Source of the DNA: Escherichia phage StefiGeyer_Bas88
Sequence record: PQ850628.1
Length of the DNA stretch: 64,000 bases
Reading direction: 5' to 3' (one strand)
A program made the translations under genes and the position numbers. Of the stretch, positions 20,601-29,528 are shown in pieces; position 1 is the first letter of the stretch; every line of letters starts with the position of its first letter. The notes under the pieces were generated by a model. That model was not told the origin of the DNA and did no database searches. It worked only from the letters and a program-made list of their open reading frames with translations.

Positions 20601-20832
20601 AATGCATCTCTTTGTAAACAGTTTCCGTGTTCTTCTTCCAGTTAGTTAAACTAGTTAGAACTTTCTGAGCTACTTCATCAGCAGCCTTAGCTCTCTCAAT
20701 CTCAATCTCTTGTTGTTTCTTCTCTTGGTCAAGAGTGTTACTATCATTTCGATATTGTTCAAACTTCATTCCACCAAAGAATACAAGAGCTGTAAAGATT
20801 AAGAAGCCGATATTGTTTTGAAGCTTTTCCAT
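20485..20832 (-). CDS. rz: i-spanin (Rz-like)
   Basis: N-terminal TM helix (IGFLIFTALVFFGG) then charged coiled coil; GGAG RBS before ATG at 20832; overlaps o-spanin gene. Confidence 0.55.
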   Translation of the reverse strand: MEKLQNNIGFLIFTALVFFGGMKFEQYRNDSNTLDQEKKQQEIEIERAKAADEVAQKVLTSLTNWKKNTETVYKEMHYEKTKPVFYNVCASDEYVSLFNERQQQAANTLTNKPKS

Positions 20833-20843
20833 TTTAACTCCAA

Positions 20844-20868
20844 CGAAAAAAGCCACCCGAAGGTGGCT
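20844..20868 (-). terminator. rho-independent terminator (- strand)
   Basis: AGCCACC-UUCG-GGUGGCU followed by UUUUUU on the - strand transcript. Confidence 0.55.
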
Positions 20869-20891
20869 AAGCTATTACAAGGAGAGATTCA

Positions 20892-21632
20892 TTAGAAAGG
20901 GCTGTCATCTTCTTCAAAGGTAGATTGCGGCTCTTCATTAATAGTAGGGATACTTGGAGTCGCGTCTTTCTGTTCAGTGTCAGAAGCGCGAGTAACTTCA
21001 CGACCAGCCAGAGGAATGTTTTTAGCATCATTAGCTTGGGTCAGGAGGTTACGTTGGAATGGGAACATAGCTTGATAAGCAGCCAAGTTAGCGTCAGTTT
21101 CAGCATACGGTTCGAAGAAGATCAACTCACTACGAGGAGCACCTACAGCATCACGATACTTAGTTGGGATGGGGGTGATGCTCTTGATAGAGTTTTTCTT
21201 CTCACCAGCTTTGTTGGTGTAAGAATTAACCAGAATGTTGACAGGCTGACCAAGCAGCATATCTTTGAACCAACCCAAATCACCTTTCAGTGCTTGAACA
21301 CTTGGGTCGATCATTTTAATTAGGTTCAGAATACCAGAGTTCTTAGCTCGTGGGTTTACATCGAAGGATTTAAACTGACAAGCAGGACGTGGGTCCAATG
21401 CCTTACCATCATTATCTGTACCAGTCGCGTCAACACCAATCAGTTCAAATGCCAAGTCCATACGGAAAGCGGGGTTCTTAGGAGTAACTGCTTTGGTCTT
21501 AGGGTCAATCCAAGGGTCACGATTGTGAACACCTAAACCTACTACACGAACAATGCGTGCTTCGTACTCGCCATCAGGGATTACATCGTAGTTGGATTTA
21601 CGGGATACAGACAGTTCAGGGATCATAGACAT
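20892..21632 (-). CDS. single-stranded DNA-binding protein candidate with acidic SSB-like C-terminal tail
   Basis: 246 aa ending FEEDDSPF, resembling the DDDIPF tail of SSBs; AAGGAA RBS. Confidence 0.35.
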   Translation of the reverse strand: MSMIPELSVSRKSNYDVIPDGEYEARIVRVVGLGVHNRDPWIDPKTKAVTPKNPAFRMDLAFELIGVDATGTDNDGKALDPRPACQFKSFDVNPRAKNSGILNLIKMIDPSVQALKGDLGWFKDMLLGQPVNILVNSYTNKAGEKKNSIKSITPIPTKYRDAVGAPRSELIFFEPYAETDANLAAYQAMFPFQRNLLTQANDAKNIPLAGREVTRASDTEQKDATPSIPTINEEPQSTFEEDDSPF

Positions 21633-21690
21633 ATTAATATTTCCTTATATAAATTTAAGATTGTTGCTCTCTTTGAGCGGTTGGTATACT

Positions 21691-21701
21691 ATATACATTA
21701 C
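21691..21701 (-). promoter_or_regulatory. phage promoter-like motif (GTAATGTATAT) facing SSB-like gene
   Basis: Motif on - strand about 60 nt upstream of the 21632 start. Confidence 0.3.
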
Positions 21702-21761
21702 ACCTATACAGATAAGGTTCTATTATACTATAACCTTTTTGGTAGTAGATAACAGTAAGTA

Positions 21762-21774
21762 GTAATGTATATAT
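21762..21774 (+). promoter_or_regulatory. inverted copy of promoter-like motif
   Basis: GTAATGTATATAT on + strand, forming an inverted pair with 21691..21701. Confidence 0.25.
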
Positions 21775-21974
21775 GGTATAGCTAGTAAAGCTATTGCAGG
21801 CTTGTATATTGGGCAATCATCGTAACCCTTGCAAGTACCGAAGGGCAGGAGACACCTGCGAGATAAAAATAGAGAATTAAGGAAACCCTTGATTTAGGTT
21901 GAGGACTCCTAGGACTTTGATTCTCTATTAAAATCAAAAGAAAACTAATTAACTTAACTTAAAAACAATAACTT

Positions 21975-22595
21975 CTACCATTCTAAAAGACCTTTAAAGC
22001 TAGTTTGTTCTACTGTTCTCTGAAAAGGTGAGTTAGATTCAGCTTGTTTACTTAACATCTCTTGTACTTCGCTGGTAATTGGATAATCTTTTTGTAATAA
22101 AGAAGCTACCCACTCTTTCCTACTTTCTAGTTCTTTTCTAATCTCTTGCAGAGATACAGCTCTATAATCAATTTGTTCCATAGAAGTACAAAAGTATCTC
22201 CAATCTTTAATAGTAGAATTATGAGTATGAGCATAGATATTATACTTCCCTCTCATTTCATCAGAGTGAATAGGAATATGAGTTACCCAAAACTCTTTGT
22301 ACTTATAATCACCACTGATGTGTCTAAAGACTTTCATCATATCAGGGAGAAGTTCTAATCTGTCATGGTTTCCTAGGACAAGATGTTTCTCTCCTTTTAC
22401 TTCAGCGATAATATCAAGTGCATATTTCTCAAACACCCAATCACCTGTAAAGAAAGTTTTATCACGTTTAGTAACATGGTCAAAAGCTGCTAGGATAGCT
22501 TTGTCATGTTCTTCAATACTACTAAACTTCTTCCTAAAGTTACAGATGTTACGATGGCCTAGGTGACCATCACCTGCAAAATAAACTTCAGCCAT
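21975..22595 (-). CDS. calcineurin-like metallophosphoesterase
   Basis: GDGHLGH ... FTGDW ... LVLGNHD metal-binding motifs. Confidence 0.65.
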   Translation of the reverse strand: MAEVYFAGDGHLGHRNICNFRKKFSSIEEHDKAILAAFDHVTKRDKTFFTGDWVFEKYALDIIAEVKGEKHLVLGNHDRLELLPDMMKVFRHISGDYKYKEFWVTHIPIHSDEMRGKYNIYAHTHNSTIKDWRYFCTSMEQIDYRAVSLQEIRKELESRKEWVASLLQKDYPITSEVQEMLSKQAESNSPFQRTVEQTSFKGLLEW

Positions 22596-22755
22596 TCTCG
22601 TACGTGTCCTCGTAATATGAGTAGTTGAAGGATTCGGCTTTCGTTTCAGCCTCCTCCCTATCGTCTGTTTCCAGAATCACTCTCCAGCCAAAACCTTCAG
22701 GATATTCAGCCCCTTCGTCTAGCCAGACTTTAAACCTTTTAGATAGTACAGCCAT
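22588..22755 (-). CDS. small acidic hypothetical protein
   Basis: ORF with internal ATG start; no motif. Confidence 0.25.
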   Translation of the reverse strand: MAVLSKRFKVWLDEGAEYPEGFGWRVILETDDREEAETKAESFNYSYYEDTYENG

Positions 22756-22942
22756 CGCAGATATAATCTCCGCTGAGAGACTCTTGTAAGAGTCGGGATT
22801 GTTCATCTGACACCAGCTTATCAACCTCTTCTTTCAGAGCCATAAGGTCAACAAAAGTCAGTAGTTCATGCCGATCAGCAATCACTTGGTATTTGTAATC
22901 ACTGATATGTCCTACAGTTTGTGTGACGTAAATATTAGACAT
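22739..22942 (-). CDS. hypothetical protein
   Basis: 67-aa ORF in tight gene array. Confidence 0.3.
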   Translation of the reverse strand: MSNIYVTQTVGHISDYKYQVIADRHELLTFVDLMALKEEVDKLVSDEQSRLLQESLSGDYICDGCTI

Positions 22943-23166
22943 TACAACAACTCACTCTGTTTATTATTGATGATAGTCATCGCTGTGACTGGATTATTTG
23001 TTCCGAGATACTCTAGAACAGGTGGACTACTAGCTGGTTTACCAGCCTCTACATAATTTTTAACCTTGCCACCAAGAATCGCTAGAGAAGCCTGAGCTTC
23101 GGATTCATCAGTATGAACTCGGTCAACTGTCTTCTTTCCAATCTTATAAGTGTGAACGTAAATCAT
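22942..23166 (-). CDS. hypothetical protein
   Basis: 74-aa ORF. Confidence 0.3.
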   Translation of the reverse strand: MIYVHTYKIGKKTVDRVHTDESEAQASLAILGGKVKNYVEAGKPASSPPVLEYLGTNNPVTAMTIINNKQSELL

Positions 23167-23174
23167 TTTAATCC

Positions 23175-23357
23175 TTAGTAACGGGTGTTAGTACGACTCC
23201 AACCCTCAACGTAACAGCGACCACCTACAAACTTAGTAGGTGCATTAAACTCTTTTGAGATTCGAGTCTCGCAATCTTCTTTACTATAGTCTCCAAGAGC
23301 ATCCATCACCCAAAGAAATAGAGCAATAATAATAGACCAGATTAGGAACTTCTTCAT
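23175..23357 (-). CDS. small membrane/exported protein
   Basis: N-terminal hydrophobic helix MKKFLIWSIIIALFLWVMDALG. Confidence 0.35.
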   Translation of the reverse strand: MKKFLIWSIIIALFLWVMDALGDYSKEDCETRISKEFNAPTKFVGGRCYVEGWSRTNTRY

Positions 23358-23746
23358 CGTATCACCAGAGGCTCTTCAGAGTACACAGGAGAAGCTATTT
23401 CTACTGGAGGTGCTGCTCTAAGGTCGTTAAGTCTTACGCCCTTCAGCATCCCTTCTAGGTGGTCCATTTTAGGAATACCAACAGGGAAGTCATCAATCCA
23501 AACATCCACAAAGAAACCTAAGCTCTGAGTAACAGAATCCTTCTGAACACCATTGCAAAAGATAACCGGGATATCTAGACTAGCAGCATCTGCCAGTAGT
23601 TCTTCATTTGTATACCCATTAGGTTCAGCGAATCGGTAAGTCACGATACGAACATCATGACCACGGGACTTCATAAGTCCTACGATATGTGTCCACATCT
23701 CTTTGTCCGCTGTAAAAGTGTCGTCATAATCTAAGCCAATCTTCAT
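23354..23746 (-). CDS. HAD-superfamily phosphatase (nucleotidase/polynucleotide phosphatase-like)
   Basis: N-terminal MKIGLDYDDTFT carries the DxDxT motif of HAD phosphatases. Confidence 0.5.
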   Translation of the reverse strand: MKIGLDYDDTFTADKEMWTHIVGLMKSRGHDVRIVTYRFAEPNGYTNEELLADAASLDIPVIFCNGVQKDSVTQSLGFFVDVWIDDFPVGIPKMDHLEGMLKGVRLNDLRAAPPVEIASPVYSEEPLVIR

Positions 23747-23761
23747 ACCAGCCCCTTAGAC

Positions 23762-23786
23762 AAGAAAAGCCACCCGAAGGTAGCTT
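23762..23786 (-). terminator. rho-independent terminator (- strand)
   Basis: AGCUACC-UUCG-GGUGGCU hairpin followed by UUUUCUUG. Confidence 0.45.
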
Positions 23787-24027
23787 ATTTATTTTGTGTT
23801 TCCAGCTCGATAATACGAACCTTCAATCCATTGATCTCTGCATCAGCAGCTTCTAGCTTAATCAAACTTTCTTCAGCGTTAGCTTCAATCTGGATAACAG
23901 CAGTAGTCAGTTCATACAAAGCTTGACGTAAGGTATCCTTACCCATAGAGTGAATCTGTGCAAGGAGATGTTGTTTACCTTCGGTTGTTTCCAGAGTTTC
24001 TTTTAATTCTTTAGAGGTTAGAGTCAC
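23785..24027 (-). CDS. coiled-coil hypothetical protein
   Basis: 80 aa, heptad-like helical sequence. Confidence 0.3.
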   Translation of the reverse strand: MTLTSKELKETLETTEGKQHLLAQIHSMGKDTLRQALYELTTAVIQIEANAEESLIKLEAADAEINGLKVRIIELETQNK

Positions 24028-24409
24028 TATTAATTCCTTTCGTAGATTTTGAGAACTGTACCACCATCTGCTTCAATCTGAGCAACGACTTCATCGCACT
24101 CTTCATCAGTATAAACCAGTTGGTTATGAAATTTACCAGTGGAATCTTGGTAATAGATGTTCCACTTTGGGGCGGGTTTACGAATCAGGTCCATCATTTA
24201 GCTTTCTCCTCTCGTTCTACCCATGTTTGAAATAATTCACCATAAGCTTTAGCGTCTTCAAAACGACCTTCATCCTGTGCGAGCTTTTGTTGCTTCAAGC
24301 ACCATTCAGAACTTTTTACTTCTTCCACTTCCTTGTCTCCTTAAAAAGAACTAATCAATAAGACTAGTTCATTTCGTAATACCATTCAACTCTTCCACTG
24401 AACTAATCA

Positions 24410-24721
24410 CTACTTCTCCACCACAAAGAGGTTAACTTCAATGAAAGTTTCGTATTGTGTTGACTCCTGCTTACGGGTGTAGTAGAAATGACGACCTTCT
24501 AATGCACCTCCGTACTGAGTGGCACATCTTTTAACCATCTCTTTTATCACATCTACAACTGATACGCCTTTCCACGGACGTAACCCATGAGTAGGAATTT
24601 CTGCTGTGCAGGTTACTTGTGTGTAACCCACATCTTGGAGAGGTATATCAAGAATCAGTTTTGCCCAAGCATCAAAATTGAGCTTGGGATTATATTTAAC
24701 TTCAGTTTTGATATCAATCAT
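24410..24721 (-). CDS. hypothetical protein
   Basis: 103-aa ORF directly downstream of the polymerase gene. Confidence 0.35.
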   Translation of the reverse strand: MIDIKTEVKYNPKLNFDAWAKLILDIPLQDVGYTQVTCTAEIPTHGLRPWKGVSVVDVIKEMVKRCATQYGGALEGRHFYYTRKQESTQYETFIEVNLFVVEK

Positions 24722-26568
24722 TAGTGAGTATGATTCCAGTTAAGCCCAATCTTACAATCTGATGCAAGAGGGCATTCCATCTTGAGGTATTCACCCGCTT
24801 TACGAACACACTCCTCAGTGAGAGTGCGAAGTTTGTTAACATCGTCACGATGTACAGTGAACTGACCTTCATCATGCATGTCGATAACCTTCGCACAACG
24901 AACACCATCACGCTCAATCCATTTATTGAGGAATAGCATTGCATACTTCATAACAATCGCCCCAGCGCTCTGTAAGAGCGTATTTAAGGCTTTGTGTGTC
25001 ATGACCTTTCCTGTACCGTCACGTCTCATTGTAATACGACGACCGTCAACACCGTAGATGTATCCACTTTGTGCTTTCTCTGTCATACGTTCAATAAGGA
25101 TTGCAATACAAGGGTTCTCTGCTAAGAATCTAGCTCTCATTATAGAACCTTCATCAGCCCCACCACCAACAATACTACCTAGCTTAGCATCACCAGCTCC
25201 GTAGTTGAATGCGTAGATAAACGTCTTAGCATTATCACGGGTAGGCAAGCCAGCAAGTTTCTGGTTATGGGAGTGAATATCACCCTGTAAGAGAATATCT
25301 CTGTACAATACGGCAGATGCTAAACCGCGTTCAGCTTCTCGTTTCTTAGCTGGGTTATTCTCTTGTTCTGCCTCTGCCAACATCTCACGACACTCTTTAA
25401 TAAGGTAGTGAGCCAGCATACGCAGTTCTAACCCTGAACCATCATAACCAAGAAATACTTCATGACCAGAAGGTATGTAATATTTCAGAGCACCTATCGG
25501 TTTGTCTTTCTTGCCCGGTTTTCCCACTTCGTAGATAGTGTTTGTACCTTTTCGTACGTAACACCCATCAGGGATATGGTTGGTAATGATGATAGGATTG
25601 TGATTACTATCACTTGAGGTACAGTCAGACTGAAATAGACTGCGGCACTCGTGACCAAACAAACCGCGAGAAGGAATATTAACAACAATACGGTGTTTAA
25701 AACGAAATGTCGGAGTAGCGCAGCTATTAGCTTCGGCGGACAACTTACCATCTTCTCGTTCCTTGTCTATAAGACCATTAATCAAGCCAAGCCTATGAGC
25801 CGCTACAACACGTCTCTTAAGCAAACTTCCCACACCCCCTAGCTCACCCCCAAGACCTTCTTCAAGCGTCTCCTCGAGGTTTGTAGGAGCTGTAGGCCAT
25901 TTGTTTGACATGGCTAGAGCTTTCTTAATTTCATCAAAGGTTACAGGCTTCTTCCTGTTCGGATTCAAACCTAAACCGCTAACGTACGCTTTCATGTAAT
26001 TGACAGTGTGATAACGGAAGTGTTTATCCAAGAACCGACGAATGTCAGCGTCAATCATCTCAGCTGTCTGTTTTTCTTTAGCGTTTCCTCGCATCCAAGC
26101 AGAATACCAAGCAGCATATGTGCCATACTTCTTCATCGCTTTACGGATTTCGTAAGTATTCCAAGGTTTCTTGGATGTGTTCCACTCTGGAGGAATAAAG
26201 CCTTCGTCCATCAAGGCTTCTTTGATACGTGCATCTTTCGATGGGTCGAAGTCTACATACTCAACGCAAGTAAACGCCCCACCGATATCTTCTCTTTTAA
26301 GACCAACTCTGTCACAATAGAGCTGAGGCCACTTCTGTAAAGCACCTGACTTCTTAAAAGGTTTCGAATAAGTTGAACCATCCACCCGCATTTTGGGGAG
26401 GAGAGGAATCAGTTCTTTATCAATATTGACAATAATCTCTTTGAGAAGGTGAACAAACCACCGAGCGTTTCTTCTGTGGAAGTTGACGCCATGCTTCGCC
26501 TGCTTTGAGATTATATCAGCGACTGTCATCTCCGTTATGAAAGGTAACTTATCAGGGTTATCCATCAC
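24721..26568 (-). CDS. family-A DNA polymerase, polymerase domain only
   Basis: Motif B RDNAKTFIYAFNYGAGDAKLG and motif C MHDEGQF; no 3'-5' exonuclease motifs in this ORF. Confidence 0.8.
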   Translation of the reverse strand: MMDNPDKLPFITEMTVADIISKQAKHGVNFHRRNARWFVHLLKEIIVNIDKELIPLLPKMRVDGSTYSKPFKKSGALQKWPQLYCDRVGLKREDIGGAFTCVEYVDFDPSKDARIKEALMDEGFIPPEWNTSKKPWNTYEIRKAMKKYGTYAAWYSAWMRGNAKEKQTAEMIDADIRRFLDKHFRYHTVNYMKAYVSGLGLNPNRKKPVTFDEIKKALAMSNKWPTAPTNLEETLEEGLGGELGGVGSLLKRRVVAAHRLGLINGLIDKEREDGKLSAEANSCATPTFRFKHRIVVNIPSRGLFGHECRSLFQSDCTSSDSNHNPIIITNHIPDGCYVRKGTNTIYEVGKPGKKDKPIGALKYYIPSGHEVFLGYDGSGLELRMLAHYLIKECREMLAEAEQENNPAKKREAERGLASAVLYRDILLQGDIHSHNQKLAGLPTRDNAKTFIYAFNYGAGDAKLGSIVGGGADEGSIMRARFLAENPCIAILIERMTEKAQSGYIYGVDGRRITMRRDGTGKVMTHKALNTLLQSAGAIVMKYAMLFLNKWIERDGVRCAKVIDMHDEGQFTVHRDDVNKLRTLTEECVRKAGEYLKMECPLASDCKIGLNWNHTH

Positions 26569-26581
26569 CCACTCCTTATAA

Positions 26582-26935
26582 TTATTGGTATATTAAATCA
26601 GTGAACGCTTGGTTATCCTCGACAATATCTAACTGTTCATAGGATTCCGTTAATTCATCCACATAAAAGACTGCTGGAATATCTTCTGCTCGCTGTCTAC
26701 GAGTTTCTCTTTGTTCATTGCTGTTTCTCTGAACCTGTGCAAGTTTCATACCCCACACCTGCTCATACAACTCAGGATACTTATCACTAACCACTACAAA
26801 GTTTCGAGCTGGTTGGTTTCGGTTAATCTTCGCTGTTAATTCAATAAACTGACGAAACTCTTGAATGGAGAGGTTGTCATGAATATTGTCCCATTTGAGA
26901 ACGCAGTGACGTTCTAGGCGTTGAGGTACTGGCAT
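26582..26935 (-). CDS. hypothetical protein
   Basis: 117-aa ORF; no motif. Confidence 0.35.
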   Translation of the reverse strand: MPVPQRLERHCVLKWDNIHDNLSIQEFRQFIELTAKINRNQPARNFVVVSDKYPELYEQVWGMKLAQVQRNSNEQRETRRQRAEDIPAVFYVDELTESYEQLDIVEDNQAFTDLIYQ

Positions 26936-26938
26936 AAC

Positions 26939-27208
26939 TTACTCCACTGTCGGGAAAGGTTTCAGATTGTTCATAGCTGTACGAACATCAGCACAGATTT
27001 CAAGATCACGATAAGAAAGGAATTTTCCATCCTTACCACGAATCATTACATTAGTTCGTGCTGTTTTATTAGGCAATAAAGAAATCCCTCCAATCAGATG
27101 GTTGGTAGGGTGTTGTCCTTGATTAACCTTGTAATCATGAGTCTGAGCATCACCATTAAAGAGATGATCACGGATTTGGATTAAGCTGATCTTCATATTA
27201 TGCACCAA
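26939..27208 (-). CDS. small protein, TARTNV...NLKPFP family (paralog 2)
   Basis: Shares TARTNV.(I/L)RG.DGKF.S.RD ... NLKPFP with the adjacent gene. Confidence 0.4.
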   Translation of the reverse strand: MVHNMKISLIQIRDHLFNGDAQTHDYKVNQGQHPTNHLIGGISLLPNKTARTNVMIRGKDGKFLSYRDLEICADVRTAMNNLKPFPTVE

Positions 27209-27449
27209 AGTTAGGGAAAGGTTTCAGGTTTTCAATAGACTTAGCAATACGCTTAGGAACACTCTTATCACGGAAGGAGATGAACTTGCCATCAGGACCA
27301 CGAAGAGCCACGTTAGTACGAGCTGTTGTTGGGTTAAATTGAATCATCTCAACAGAGCTTGTAACATTGCTCACGGGGAAGGTGTAGCTTTCAGTTACAT
27401 CCAGAAAAGGAAAGAAATCAGTTACAGTGATATAAGTTACTTTAGACAT
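27198..27449 (-). CDS. small protein, TARTNV...NLKPFP family (paralog 1)
   Basis: Tandem paralog of 26939..27208. Confidence 0.4.
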   Translation of the reverse strand: MSKVTYITVTDFFPFLDVTESYTFPVSNVTSSVEMIQFNPTTARTNVALRGPDGKFISFRDKSVPKRIAKSIENLKPFPNFGA

Positions 27450-27469
27450 ATTTATTACCTTAGGTTATA

Positions 27470-27500
27470 TAAAAGAAAAGGCCACCCGAAATGGGTAGCC
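27470..27500 (-). terminator. rho-independent terminator (- strand)
   Basis: GGCUACCC-AUUUC-GGGUGGCC followed by UUUUCUUUU. Confidence 0.5.
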
Positions 27501-27505
27501 TTATA

Positions 27506-27820
27506 TTAACTTGAGCTTAAAGCTCCTTTGCGACCGCCTGCTGATTTTCCAGCACGATCTCCACTTTTGCCGCCGTTCGAGCGATTTCCAGAGACTGATT
27601 CAACACGTAAGTTACTTGACGCATTAGAACCTCCCGACTTGATTGATCGTTTATGTCCAACATCTTTACCTCGGACAGCAGCTTTTCCATCGCGCTTTTC
27701 AACGATGCGACGTGCACGGTGGCGCTGAGCATCTCCGCTCTTGCTACCAACGCCGGTTTCACCCCTTGCGATTGCAGTTCTTCGTTCTTGTGCATAATCA
27801 CGTTTTGCCTTATCAGTCAT
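27506..27820 (-). CDS. basic Gly/Lys/Arg-rich small protein (stress-protein-like low complexity)
   Basis: Strong AAGGAG RBS before ATG; promoter-like motif upstream; an overlapping alternative frame (27517..27801) lacks an RBS. Confidence 0.35.
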   Translation of the reverse strand: MTDKAKRDYAQERRTAIARGETGVGSKSGDAQRHRARRIVEKRDGKAAVRGKDVGHKRSIKSGGSNASSNLRVESVSGNRSNGGKSGDRAGKSAGGRKGALSSS

Positions 27821-27854
27821 CATAACTCCTTAATATATCAGTGTACACTAAGGA

Positions 27855-27864
27855 GTATACATTA
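27855..27864 (-). promoter_or_regulatory. phage promoter-like motif TAATGTATAC
   Basis: Between PhoH stop and next gene start, - strand orientation. Confidence 0.3.
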
Positions 27865-27867
27865 TGT

Positions 27868-28605
27868 TTAGGATTTTTCAGATTCCATTGCTTTAACAAT
27901 AGCTTTACAGAAACCTGAACGAACAATATCATCTGACTCACCATCAACCAAAGCAGCAAACTCAAACAGGTTGTGCTTGTCAATGAAGTCAGTAGCCCAT
28001 TCCAAACCACTCTCACCACGCATGTCGTGCTGGTTAGTGTCACCCATACAGAACATCTGAGAGGTTTCACCAAGACGAGTCATAATAGAATATGCTTCAT
28101 CAGGAGTGGTGTTCTGAAACTCGTCAACAATCACAATAGCATCATTGAACGAACGACCACGGAGGTATTCCAGAGGTACGAACTCAATGTTACCATTACC
28201 AATTTGACACTCGTAGAAACCTTTACCGTAACGCTGAGTAATAACATCAACGATTGGCATCAGGTATGGTTCGAACTTCTCACGCAACCCACCGGGGAGT
28301 AATCCAAGCGAGTTACCCATACCAACAGCAGGTCGGCTTAGGATAATCTTTTGAATCTTCCCACTTTTCAGAGCATCAATAACTGTTGTTGTGATAACAT
28401 AGGTCTTACCACAGCCAGCAGGAGCATCCGTAAAGACTACTTGTTTAGTCTTGATAGCATTGAGCAGTTCGGATTGAAACTGATTCTGAGGGACTACAGG
28501 CTTAGCAAGAACAACTTCTTGATACTCACGTTTACCTTTATTAGTCACCTGTTCACCACGACGAGCTGCTTTCCGTGCTTCTCTACGAGTTTCTCTGCGA
28601 TTCAT
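27868..28605 (-). CDS. phoH: PhoH-like ATPase
   Basis: Walker A APAGCGKTY, Walker B IVIVDEF, and RPAVGMGNSLGLLPGGLREKFEPYL typical of PhoH. Confidence 0.85.
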   Translation of the reverse strand: MNRRETRREARKAARRGEQVTNKGKREYQEVVLAKPVVPQNQFQSELLNAIKTKQVVFTDAPAGCGKTYVITTTVIDALKSGKIQKIILSRPAVGMGNSLGLLPGGLREKFEPYLMPIVDVITQRYGKGFYECQIGNGNIEFVPLEYLRGRSFNDAIVIVDEFQNTTPDEAYSIMTRLGETSQMFCMGDTNQHDMRGESGLEWATDFIDKHNLFEFAALVDGESDDIVRSGFCKAIVKAMESEKS

Positions 28606-28783
28606 TTTCTACCTCCAAGTTCTTCATACGTGTAGCTACAGGATTTACACTCTGAACAATGAGTACCTATAACCTTAACTTCGACAAATTTCTTATTCTT
28701 CCCTTTCGTCGGAGAGCCTTTAGCAAGCTCTCGTATTACTTTCGAGTCCAGATGGAGAAGAGTGGATTCACATTTAAAACATT

Positions 28784-29104
28784 TCAGATAGATTTGTCCT
28801 TATGTAAACGATATACTTCAGTAGCCATACAAGCAATACGCTCGTCATGAGGGAGATGCATACCAGTAGAGCCATTCCACCCATTGAACTCTGAATCAAA
28901 GAATCCAATAGGCTCAGGATACATCTCTTGCAAAGTGGTTAAGTCATCAGCCACTTGTTGCCATTTATCATCAGACCAGATTGGGTCATCCAACCAATAA
29001 TACAAATAGGAGTGGATAAGCATCTGCGTTCTGTGTCGTTTAATCACTTCAGCAGGACTAATCTCGTTTCCGTTACCAGTCCTAAATGTATTATCATTAA
29101 TCAT
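28784..29104 (-). CDS. hypothetical protein
   Basis: 106 aa; HSYLYYWLDDPIWSDDKW faintly resembles a ligase N-terminal helix motif but is too short to call. Confidence 0.3.
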   Translation of the reverse strand: MINDNTFRTGNGNEISPAEVIKRHRTQMLIHSYLYYWLDDPIWSDDKWQQVADDLTTLQEMYPEPIGFFDSEFNGWNGSTGMHLPHDERIACMATEVYRLHKDKSI

Positions 29105-29105
29105 T

Positions 29106-29318
29106 TTAAACCTTTTCGATTTTAATTAAATCAACATCAGCCCAAATACCAACAGGTATCAGCTTCTTCTTGGATTTAAGGGCAACATCATAGATGCTTT
29201 GCCAAGGCCAGATAAACACTTCAGAGATAATCTCATAAGGTTCAATCTTGGTGGGGTATGGATTCCTGTCTGAGATACGGAAAGTAAATCGATGTTTTCC
29301 TAATACTAAACCTTTCAT
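29106..29318 (-). CDS. hypothetical protein
   Basis: 70-aa ORF in tight array. Confidence 0.3.
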   Translation of the reverse strand: MKGLVLGKHRFTFRISDRNPYPTKIEPYEIISEVFIWPWQSIYDVALKSKKKLIPVGIWADVDLIKIEKV

Positions 29319-29528
29319 TTACTTAACCTCAATAATCCCAAGTTTCCAAACATATCCGGGAGAAGAGTCCTGAACAGCTCCGTATTGAAGAACAACATCA
29401 CAAGCATCACTACCCATACCATCTAGCATCAGCTGACCACGAGTAGGACGGTCTTTGTAATAAGTTGCTTTTACTTCTGTGTCGTGAGTCCATTCACTAA
29501 AGCATAGACTTAATTTGTAGATTCTCAT
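29319..29528 (-). CDS. hypothetical protein
   Basis: 69-aa ORF. Confidence 0.3.
   Translation of the reverse strand: MRIYKLSLCFSEWTHDTEVKATYYKDRPTRGQLMLDGMGSDACDVVLQYGAVQDSSPGYVWKLGIIEVK

Noticed and set aside
27517-27801. Alternative 94-aa frame overlapping the basic Gly/Lys-rich ORF
   Set aside because: No RBS and a GTG/poorly placed ATG start, whereas the 27506..27820 frame has a strong AAGGAG RBS and an upstream promoter-like motif; only one can be real and the call stays low confidence.
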